This document shows, piece by piece, positions 1-7,222 of a stretch of 8,825 bases of DNA (positions are counted from its first letter, which is position 1; the number at the start of each line of letters is the position of its first letter). The notes under the pieces were generated by a model. The model was not told the origin of the DNA and did not search any database. It was given only the letters and a program-made list of their open reading frames with translations. Position numbers and translations under genes: made by a program. The DNA comes from Octopus sinensis (taxonomy: Eukaryota), in NCBI RefSeq assembly GCF_006345805.1, contig NW_021828310.1, positions 1-8,825 of the forward strand, given 5' to 3'.

Positions 1-74
1 TTTTTGATCAGCTAATGAACTTTTCAGCTGCTCTTGTGTGTGCTTATGTATGTGATGTGTGTGTGTGTGTGTGT

Positions 75-390
75 GAGCATTGGAATCACACATGAGGTTT
101 GGAGTTCGAATCCTGGTCCCAGCTGTGTGTTGTGTTCTTGGCAAGACACTTTATCTCACGTTACTCCAGTTCCACTAATCGATAGAAATGAGCTGTGACC
201 CCTCACTGCTGCCAAGCTGTATCGGACACTCTTTGCCTTTCCCTTGGATAAAATCGGTGGCGTGGACGGGAGGGGCCAGTATGCATGGGCGGCTTCTGAT
301 CTTCCAAACAGCCTACTCTGATTTATGCCTCCGAGGGAACTTTCTAGTGCAATCTCATGCTCATCATGACGAAGGGGGTCTTTTAGCCTT
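75..390 (+). mobile_element. tRNA-derived SINE, 5'-truncated (cephalopod type)
   Basis: Pol III B-box-like GAGTTCGAATCC at 102-113, followed by TTGTGTTCTTGGCAAGACACTTTAT, which resembles the conserved central domain of many invertebrate SINEs. The body resembles octopus SINEs as I recall them. (TG)n lies where the A box should be. Confidence 0.7.
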
Positions 391-434
391 TATATACATC
401 ATACACACACACACACCACACCACCTCACACAAC

Positions 435-459
435 ATATATATATATATATATATATATA
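435..459. repeat. (TA)n microsatellite within a CA/TA-rich low-complexity tract
   Basis: Directly visible; produces the YIYI stretch of ORF 188..613. Confidence 0.95.
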
Positions 460-875
460 CAGAGAGTGGGTATGCATGTGTAGGATGTGTAGAATTATAA
501 GTATATGCATACATATATGTATGTATAAATATATGCATATATGTATATGTTACATACGTGAGACGACAACAGACAGACAGGGAGAGTGTGTGTTAGAGAA
601 TAAAAGTGAGTAAGCGTGAGAGTATGAGAGATTGAGTCTCAGAAATTTGGTCATTGTTAAATGCATGTCAGTCGCCCACTTGAGGAAATAATATACATCG
701 TAAACAAAGTAATTAACTCTCTAATTGTTCCATTTAATTACTTCATATGAGCTTTTATTATTAATTCCGACCTTGCTAAGAACATGTTTGCATACCAGGA
801 AATAATGGCCATCAAACTTGAGTTTACCATATCAATATGTATCTATCTATCTTATCCATCTATGTGCGTGTATGC

Positions 876-876
<1 letters not shown>

Positions 877-916
<40 letters not shown>
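877..916. repeat. (TA)n microsatellite
   Basis: About 20 TA units directly visible. Confidence 0.97.
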
Positions 917-919
<3 letters not shown>

Positions 920-1019
920 CGGGGTTCAATTTGGCCAAATGACTTCTACTATAGCCTGGGCTGACCAAAGCCTTGTTTGTGTGTCTGTGTTTGTCCTCTC
1001 GTCATCGCTTGGCAACCGA
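917..1019 (+). mobile_element. SINE fragment, internally deleted, same family as 2480-2987
   Basis: CTTCTACTATAGCCTGGGCTGACCAAAGCCTTGT (943-976) is a near reverse complement of 2880-2913. CATCGCTTGGCAACCGA (1003-1019) matches the reverse complement of ~2627-2645. Confidence 0.8.
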
Positions 1020-1020
1020 A

Positions 1021-1267
1021 GTTTGTTAGGAAATCAATCTCTTTGGTTGTCAGTTCCTTTTCATGGGTTTTAATTAGTGAAGATAGAGTTTTCATTATTT
1101 TTTTGTGGGGTGTAGTTGGTAATTTTTTCATAATGTAGGTCTTCATCAAGCAAGGAAATTACAAGATTTCTGGAGTATGATGTATCCATTATTACAACTG
1201 CATATCCCTTATCCGCTTCCTTAATGGTTATATCTTCATCATTTTGGAGTTCTATCAGTTCTTTCCC
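1021..1267 (-). mobile_element. Penelope-like element (PLE) reverse transcriptase N-terminal fragment, frameshifted
   Basis: Minus-strand peptide KELIELQNDEDITIKEADKGYAVVIMD matches the PLE RT motif I-K-x-A-D-K-G-x-A-V-V-I-M-D. After a frameshift near 1105-1115 it continues as PHKKIMKTLSSLIKTHEKELTTKEIDFLTNF. Confidence 0.8.
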
Positions 1268-1421
1268 AAAAAAAAAAAAAAAATTTTCCAATATTCTCCA
1301 GACATTTTGACACAAATATATATATTTTTTAACATTTAAGCCTTCTGTCGTTTTTTCACACTTTACTATTTTCTTATATATCATCACCACACGTGCTTTA
1401 CCAAACAAACTTTCTTATCTA

Positions 1422-1453
<32 letters not shown>

Positions 1454-1496
1454 TGTGTGTCATTATGAATACCGTTATATTATGTATGTCTGTGTT

Positions 1497-1764
1497 TGTT
1501 CGGTTTGCAAAAAACTTTCTAGCATTTTGTAAGTAAAATTTTTAATAGTCTTTAGATTGCCGTGCATAGCTTTACTCAAATCAAATATTTCCCATTTTGT
1601 TCCCCTACCTTTCGCCATCTTTGAGGCAGCTTCATGACCCTGTCCTTCCAGAACTTGCTATATTTCTGGGTCATTAACTTGTCTAAGTAGCTTCTACACT
1701 CTTTTAAACAATCAAAGTTCTCCCCATTAAGAGAATTCTGCAAGGATCCCAATAAATGATAATT
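1497..1764 (-). mobile_element. mariner (Tc1/mariner) transposon 3' end: transposase C-terminus plus degenerate TIR
   Basis: NYHLLGSLQNSLNGENFDCLKECRSYLDKLMTQKYSKFWKDRVMKLPQRWRKVGEQNGKYLI* (1764-1576) matches the mariner C-terminus (DYHLF..L...L.G..F / FW..GI.KLP.RW..V.EQNG.Y). TGTTCGGTTTGCAAAAAACTTT at 1497-1518 looks like a decayed mariner TIR (less certain). Confidence 0.85.
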
Positions 1765-1773
1765 TATCTCCCT

Positions 1774-1837
1774 ATGCCTGTCTGTCTCTCGTTCCCCCTC
1801 TCTCTCTCTCTCTCTCAATCTATCTATCTGTCTATTT

Positions 1838-1894
<57 letters not shown>
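1774..1894. repeat. compound microsatellite (CT)n/(CTAT)n/(TA)n
   Basis: Directly visible; produces the ERERE and YIYI stretches of overlapping ORFs. Confidence 0.95.
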
Positions 1895-2188
1895 TTGAAA
1901 AATGGAAATTTTTTCACAATTTTTCCAGGATCCTCATCTTTCAATAAACAGAAAGAAAAAATATCCGGGAAAAGTGTAAAAATTAAGAGAGAGGGATGAA
2001 TTTTTGAGATTTTATTTTCAGGATCGAATCCCGCCACCTGCTTCATTTTTTCACTTTTTCCAGAATTTTCTCTTCTTACTTATTTTTTTATTTTCTATTT
2101 TATTATTATTATTTTTTGGGTGGGGCCAATACGTAAAAATACAAAGATTTGAACTCTGATAATAATTTTTCTTTTTAATTTTAACTCG

Positions 2189-2226
2189 TTAACCAACCAC
2201 ATGTTTCCGGGTGGCACCTCGGGCAA
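2189..2226 (+). mobile_element. SINE head fragment, sense orientation
   Basis: ACCAACCACATGTTTCCGGGT (2192-2212) matches the reverse complement of 2932-2952 at 19/21 positions. GGCACCTCGGGCAA resembles the reverse complement of ~4905-4919. Confidence 0.7.
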
Positions 2227-2230
2227 CAGA

Positions 2231-2357
2231 TTTGTTTCAGTCATTTACCTGTGGCCATGCTGGAGCGCTGCCATTAGTCGAGCAAATCGACACCAGGACT
2301 TATTTTTTGTAAGCCTATTGCTTATTCTATCGGTCTCTATTTGCTGAACCGCTAAGT
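2231..2357 (-). mobile_element. SINE 3' tail fragment, antisense
   Basis: TTTGTTTCAGTCATTTACCTGTGGCCATGCTGGAGC...TAGTCGAGCAAATCGAC-CCAGGACTTATT is a diverged direct copy of ~2495-2570. Confidence 0.85.
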
Positions 2358-2479
2358 ACGTTATGTTATCGTAGTTTTGTTAGCTTTGGCTGCTATTTCT
2401 AGCGTATGGATACCCTGCTTGAAGGGCTGAAGGGTATATATATATATATTTATATATATATATATTTATTTTTATATAT

Positions 2480-2759
2480 GTTCTTTTATTTTACTTGTTT
2501 CAGTCATTTGACTATGGCCATGCTGGAGCACCGCCTCTAGTCGAGCAAATCGACCCCAAGACTTATTCTTTTTAAGTCCAGCGGTTCTTGACAAGCCGCT
2601 AATTGACGGGGATGTAAACACCCCAGCATCAGTTGTCAAGCGATGTTGGAGGGACAAAAAGCACACACACTCACACACACATATATGTATATATATATTT
2701 ATATACGACGGGCTTCTTTCAGTTTCCATCTCCCAAATATATTCATACACACACACACG

Positions 2760-2833
<74 letters not shown>

Positions 2834-2987
2834 TATTTACGACGGGGCTTCCTTCAGTTTCTGTCTACCAGATTCACTCACAAGGCTTTGGTCGCCCGAG
2901 GCTATAGCAGAAGTCACTCGCTCGGGACTGAACCCGGAACCATGTGCTTGGTACGCAAGCTACTTAACGCACCGCCAACCCCGCCTC
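2480..2987 (-). mobile_element. near full-length octopus-type tRNA-derived SINE (head, internal microsatellite, tail), antisense
   Basis: tRNA-like head at ~2839-2987 with B-box-like GGTTCCGGGTTCAGTCCC on the minus strand. Internal (TA)n/(CA)n region at ~2665-2838 and tail at ~2480-2660. Pieces are repeated elsewhere in the window at 917-1019, 2189-2357 and 4827-4931. Confidence 0.85.
2763..2828. repeat. (AT)n microsatellite, about 33 units, inside the SINE
   Basis: Directly visible. Confidence 0.97.
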
Positions 2988-3040
2988 TATTTCGAGAGTT
3001 ATCTCCACTTACTTGCCATCTCCTATTCCAACTTAAATCT

Positions 3041-3112
3041 ACTTCCGGCATCAGTAAATTTGAAATTAATTTGGACCCCGGATCCGTTGCAACCGTTTCA
3101 AACTAAACTGAG
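3041..3112 (+). other. candidate non-coding first exon of the host gene
   Basis: ETS-type motif ACTTCCGG at 3041-3048, no ATG in the interval, and a strong donor GAG|GTAAGG at 3112/3113. This is inference only. Confidence 0.3.
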
Positions 3113-3186
3113 GTAAGGCAGGCTTTTTTATTTCATTTGGGGCCATTTAACGCTTGAATGAACATCCTTTCATCTTAAACTCTGTC

Positions 3187-3667
3187 TGTGTGTCTATAAA
3201 TTAATGATACGATATTAATTATCGTAAAAGTGCGTGATCCAATTATGAGATCAGGAAATTAATGTTTTTGTTTTTGGTTATGAAACTTACAAGGGCGTGG
3301 CCGCTTTGTGGGGGGACAGAGATGGCGGTAACACAGAGTAGGGTCTCTGTTAAGTCAGCCTGAAATGGTAGGGTTTTGTGTATGTGTTTTAACAAGGGTG
3401 GATTTCTCCGCTGTGGAATCTGGGTACCGTTTATTTAAGAAGAGTGGTCCCGGTGCGCGCACTCGTTTACTCGCGCACACGCGCTAGATAGTCGTGACTA
3501 GTCGATCCTACAACCACTACCTAGGAAAGTAAATGAAACACAAAAACACAAAGTAAGGATCGACTAGTCACGACTAGCTTGCTCGGATGCGCTTGTACGC
3601 GATTGCGCGCACCGGGACCACTCGTCTTAGGTTGTACCCTGTAAATTAATGTGTGTCTATAAATTAA
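3187..3667. repeat. perfect 18-bp direct repeat TGTGTGTCTATAAATTAA (3187-3204 and 3650-3667) flanking a ~445-bp segment
   Basis: Both copies read directly from the sequence and are identical over 18 nt. Confidence 0.85.
3438..3627. mobile_element. MITE-like element / long imperfect inverted repeat (68-bp arms, 46-nt spacer)
   Basis: Left arm 3442-3509 matches the reverse complement of right arm 3556-3623 at 58/68 positions with no indels. Symmetry extends outward to TA|AGAAGAGTGG ... CCACTCGTCT|TA, giving a possible TA target duplication at 3436-3437 and 3628-3629. The inverted repeat is certain; the MITE label is inference. Confidence 0.6.
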
Positions 3668-3676
3668 AACTTAATA

Positions 3677-3699
3677 TGTGTGTGTGTGTGTGTGTGTGT
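3677..3699. repeat. (TG)n microsatellite
   Basis: Directly visible. Confidence 0.95.
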
Positions 3700-4108
3700 A
3701 AAAGTGATAAAGTCAAGTTTCATGTATTTAGTGTCTGTAACTGTAACTCCCTCCCACTCCTTTTGCTGTTTTAGCTTTCTTTCTGACCTGTCCATAAATT
3801 ATCTTTACAACTTCCACACTTCCGAACTTCAAATTGTAAACCCAGTGTTTATTTCAATACCTCGCTTCCTCCATTTCCTCCCTATCTTATTCTTCTCTTA
3901 GCCTATGTTATTAAGTCTGCTATGCGTATGTATGTGTGTTGTAAATATATACGAGCATTCCCCAGGCCTTTGTCTCCGTGTGTAGTGTACACAAATGTAT
4001 CATAAAACATCTTTCGTAATGCTTATGTATTAAGATCTTAATTAAGGTTACAAGTCGATACTCCTCACAAGAAAAGTTTTAAAAATCCAACCTTAAGTAC
4101 ACCACCAC

Positions 4109-4157
4109 CTACACGCACACTCACACACACACACAGACAAATTTACAGAAAACAAAG

Positions 4158-4198
<41 letters not shown>

Positions 4199-4211
4199 CA
4201 TATATATATAA
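4109..4211. repeat. compound (CA)n/(TA)n microsatellite
   Basis: Directly visible; abuts the 3' end of the minus-strand SINE. Confidence 0.9.
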
Positions 4212-4423
4212 TCATGTAGTCCAATGATCGAGTATACTGCCAGATGTTACACATCACTGGTCCACAATGTGCTTTGCATTGGTTTGACGTTTTGAATGAT
4301 GCACCACTGGTTAGGAAAGCAGGCGAACATTCGGAAGTCTTGGGAAAGGAAGGGCATTGCAAGAATCAAACCCACGATCTAGCTATTGTGAGGGTAACAC
4401 CCGAATCACTATGCCATACAGCT
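4211..4423 (-). mobile_element. tRNA-derived SINE, diverged
   Basis: On the minus strand, A-box-like TGGCATAGTGA (4416-4406) and B-box-like GGGTTTGATTC (4373-4363) have tRNA-like spacing. The body ends in a TA microsatellite. Confidence 0.7.
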
Positions 4424-4713
4424 ACTCACACATGCACACGAGTATACACATACATAGACTTATATATGTACGTATATGCATTTAAAGCACTCATTTTACA
4501 CCTTTTCTCCATACTACCATGGGTTGTATGAGTATATTATTGATCCATTCTTTTTGGATCTGGATCCCCTTCATGTTATTAACCCTTACCTGTTGTTCAC
4601 GGGATCACTTATTCCAATGGTTTGTCTATTAACAGGGAAAATGATAATCTAATCGTCCATAGCTGAGCAATTTTCAGTAAAAGCAAATGGAAAAATACAC
4701 ACACTCAAGCAGG

Positions 4714-4751
<38 letters not shown>

Positions 4752-4826
4752 TACGTACACTCACACACAAACAAAAACTTCATTTTGGCAGTTTTTTCAC
4801 TGGTCCTCAGATTTTGTCCAGCGGTG

Positions 4827-4931
4827 TACGATGGGCTTCTCTCAGATTATCTGTATTTAATCCACTCAGAAGCCTTGATCAGCCCTGGGATTTAGAAGAA
4901 GGTACTTGCCCAAGGTGTCATACAGTGGGAC
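4827..4931 (-). mobile_element. SINE head fragment, antisense, diverged (family of 2480-2987)
   Basis: ACGATGGGCTTCTCTCAG...TCCACTCAGAAGCCTTGATCAGCCCTGGG...GAAGGTACTTGCCCAAGGTG...GTGGGAC aligns by eye with 2839-2929. Confidence 0.75.
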
Positions 4932-5088
4932 AAAACTGGTGGTTGGCGTTTGGAAGGGCATCCAGCTGTAAAATCCCTTCCAAAATAGACAGTAGCCCAG
5001 GGTAGTTTTTTTCTACCTGGCCTGCTCCTGTCACCCATCTTACTCATGAATGGATGAAAAGTGGACGTTAAGTGATGATGGCAATGAT
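4932..5088 (+). mobile_element. 3' part of a SINE with RTE-type (GAT)n tail
   Basis: Contains GGTTGGCGTTTGGAAGGGCATCCAGCTGTA and ends GGACGTTAAGTGATGATG, both recalled from an abundant octopus repeat. (GAT)n tails are typical of RTE-mobilised elements. Confidence 0.6.
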
Positions 5089-5439
5089 ATATGAATATAT
5101 ATATATATATATATATATAATGGAAATTTATTAAATAATTATGAAATAGTCATAAAGATATTTGCAAAAATCTATAAAGTAAGCACTTGTTGATAGTGTC
5201 AGATTTGATCTCATCTACTTTGCTAATGTTTCGACAAAGATCAATACAGGAGGTTTTATTGAACAAGCTCTGTTTCATTGATTCTTTTACTATATTTCGT
5301 ATATTTACCTTTCTCTGGAGAATCAGTTTGTCTTTGATGTAAAGTGCCCTCTACCGTAGCTGGGGTATGATCCACAGATTTATAGCTTAACATGTACGAT
5401 GCCTCTACGTAGCTGATCAACAGACTGTACATTTCAATA

Positions 5440-6882
5440 CTACTATGGCAATCCCTCAAGGTCGAGGATGATGGTCTTCGCGCAAATTTATTGGTGAGTC
5501 CGCAGGTGACCGATAAGACCAATTCTTGCTCGAAAAGATCGGTCACAGTGCGGACATCTAGTGCCGGAAGGGAGAGTCGCACGTGGTTGTTGTTGGCGCT
5601 CCTTCCGTCGTCGTCTTTTCTCCTCCAGCTCTGCAGACCTTTTCGACTCGAAATTCGCCGTTCCCTCATGGATGGTGGTTTTCCAGAGTGGTCTGTTTTT
5701 TGCCGTTTCCTCCCAGTTGAAGTCAATGTCACACTTTTTGAGGTTCGATTTCAGGGAGTCCTTGTAGCGTTTCTTCTGGCCTCCTTTTGTACGCTTGCCG
5801 TCTTTGAGTTGGGAGTAGAAGATCTGTTTGGGAAGTCGTTCGTCAGTCATTCTAACCACGTGGCCGCTCCATCTTAGTTGGCCTTTGATGACATAGGCTT
5901 CGATGCTGGTCATTTTTGCTTCTTGTAGCACGCTGACGTTAGTTCTTCTGTCTTCCCAGGTGATGTTGAGGATCTTCCGAAGACAGCGTTGGTGAAATTT
6001 CTCGAGCGTTTTCAGGTGGTGACTATACGGGGTCCAGGTTTCGGATGCGTAAAGGAGGGTTGGAATAATGACTGCTCTGTACACCATGAGTTTGGTTTCG
6101 GTTCGGATGTCCCGATCAGCAAAAACTCTTGTTCGAAGCTTGCCGAAAGCTGTTCCTGCACACTTCAGACGGTGTTGGATTTCATCGTTGAGGTCTACCT
6201 TTGCTGACAGATGGCTCCCAAGGTAGCAGAAGTGGTTCACATTTTCCAGTGGATTTCCTTCGAGTTGAATCGATGGCGGGTTGTCAACACGGGCATTGGG
6301 GGGAGGTTGGTAGAGTAATTGAGTCTCCTTGATGTTGATGCTCAGTCCAAGTTTAGTATATGCATGATGAAAAGCATTTAGGATATGTTGGAGGTGATCC
6401 TCTCTGTGAGCTGCTACACTGTTGTCGTCGGCATATTGGAACTCTAGCAAGCTTCGCACCATTGTCTTTGACGTACTTTTGAGGCGAGCGAGGTTGAAAA
6501 GCTTGCCGTCCATTCTGTACGAGATCTCGATGCCAGGTGGAAGGTCATCTCGTATGATGTGCAACACTGTCGCGATAAAGATGGTAAAGAGAGTTGGCGC
6601 TATCACGCAGCCTTGCTTCACTCCGGAGGTGACTTTAAAGGGCTCAGAACTGCCTCCGTCGGTCTGGACTCTGGCGTGCATATTGTCGTGGAGGAGTTTG
6701 AGGATCCGGATGAACTTATCTGGGTATCCATACTGGGCGAGAATATCCCAGAGGAGCTCTCACGAGACACGATCAAAGGCTTTGGATAGGTCGATAAAGG
6801 CCAAGTAGAGCGGTTGGTGTTGCTCACGACATTTTTCTTGTAGCTGTCGCAGCGTGAAGATCATGTCGGTTGTGCTTCGTGA
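5440..6882 (-). mobile_element. RTE-clade non-LTR retrotransposon, 5'-truncated, young copy
   Basis: Homology starts at SRSTTDMIFTLRQLQEKCREQHQPLYLAFIDLSKAFDRVS and runs in one frame through GVKQGCVIAPTLF, QYADD, YLGS and QLRWSGHVVRM to a C-terminal C2H2-like CPHCDRSFRARIGLIGHLRTH. The 3' UTR is ~48 nt with a (TAG)2 tail. Candidate 9-bp TSD ATTTCAATA (5431-5439) / ATTCCAATA (6882-6890). Confidence 0.95.
5488..6882 (-). pseudogene. RTE reverse transcriptase ORF remnant with one in-frame TGA at 6762-6760 and no endonuclease domain
   Basis: The frame of ORF 5488..6681 continues upstream, interrupted only by TGA in AFDRVS*ELLW (usually Arg, CGA). The catalytic YADD motif is intact. Confidence 0.9.
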
Positions 6883-7139
6883 TTCCAATATTGAGGGTTT
6901 AATAGTAACCAGTCAATCTGTAATCTAAACTAGAGACACAACACAATGACTGTTGTTAGGTTTATTAGTGTCAAGAAGAACATTCAGCTATGAATAATAC
7001 TTTAGATAAATTGAAGTTTACAATATCAATGTTATCTTATGCAAGATTTTAGAATCATCAATTTCTATTTATTGTTGTTTAACTCACTTTATAAGTTTTT
7101 CGAAACTGTTTTACTCTTTTTTTGACATCTTTTATTCAG

Positions 7140-7222
7140 AAGACATGGAGCCAATCTATTATAAAATTATAAATAAAGATATTGAAGGATTGAAAACCTT
7201 AATAGCGGAGAAGCCAAGCCAA
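7140..7222 (+). CDS. host-gene exon encoding (E)DMEPIYYKIINKDIEGLKTLIAEKPSQ, possibly ankyrin-repeat-like
   Basis: Long polypyrimidine tract ending TTTATTCAG| (AG at 7138-7139) and a consensus donor CAA|GTAAGT at 7222/7223. Only one frame is open. ATG at 7145 is in good Kozak context (gacATGG). The peptide loosely fits the ankyrin helix-turn-helix pattern. The product call is weak. Confidence 0.6.

Noticed and set aside
188-613. 141-aa plus-strand ORF
   Set aside because: It reads through a SINE body and CA/TA microsatellites (HTHT, YIYI) and has no protein-like content.
1268-1283. A16 run as a retrocopy poly-A tail
   Set aside because: It lies at the 5' break of the minus-strand PLE fragment, and I could find no TSD or upstream processed-gene sequence.
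2021-2035. tRNA gene suggested by T-arm-like GGATCGAATCC
   Set aside because: There is no A box, cloverleaf or acceptor stem. The other B-box hits in the window belong to SINEs.
2472-3116. Three overlapping 120-157 aa ORFs
   Set aside because: They are open only because (TA)n lacks stops in the YI frames, and the remainder is SINE sequence.
3442-3623. Canonical pre-miRNA, Helitron 3' hairpin or viral terminal repeat as the explanation of the hairpin
   Set aside because: The 46-nt loop and 68-bp stem are atypical for a pre-miRNA, there is no CTRR end or short Helitron-type hairpin, and no viral ORFs are nearby. These are not strictly excluded but are unsupported.
4244-4531. 95-aa ORF with protein-like appearance
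   Set aside because: It is the antisense reading of a tRNA-derived SINE whose A and B boxes are on the minus strand.
4590-4625. Possible 36-nt minus-strand micro-exon (TAG acceptor, CAG|GTAAGG donor; QTIGISDPVNN)
   Set aside because: There is no phase-compatible partner exon or recognisable peptide, and such signals arise by chance. RNA-seq would be needed.
5309-5412. Possible minus-strand exon (YVEASYMLSYKSVDHTPATVEGTLHQRQTDSPEK; donor AAG|GTAAAT)
   Set aside because: The acceptor is weak, I see no homology, it conflicts in strand with the better exon at 7140, and splicing to 4625 gives a stop.
5491-6827. Several 68-128 aa ORFs overlapping the RTE on other frames or strands
   Set aside because: These are shadow ORFs of a GC-rich coding sequence with no independent motifs.
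5451-6899. Short inverted match (ATCCCTCAA at 5451-5459 vs TTGAGGGTT at 6891-6899) suggesting TIRs or twin priming
   Set aside because: The exact core is only 7 bp, the right copy lies outside the candidate TSD, and the element is clearly a non-LTR retrotransposon.
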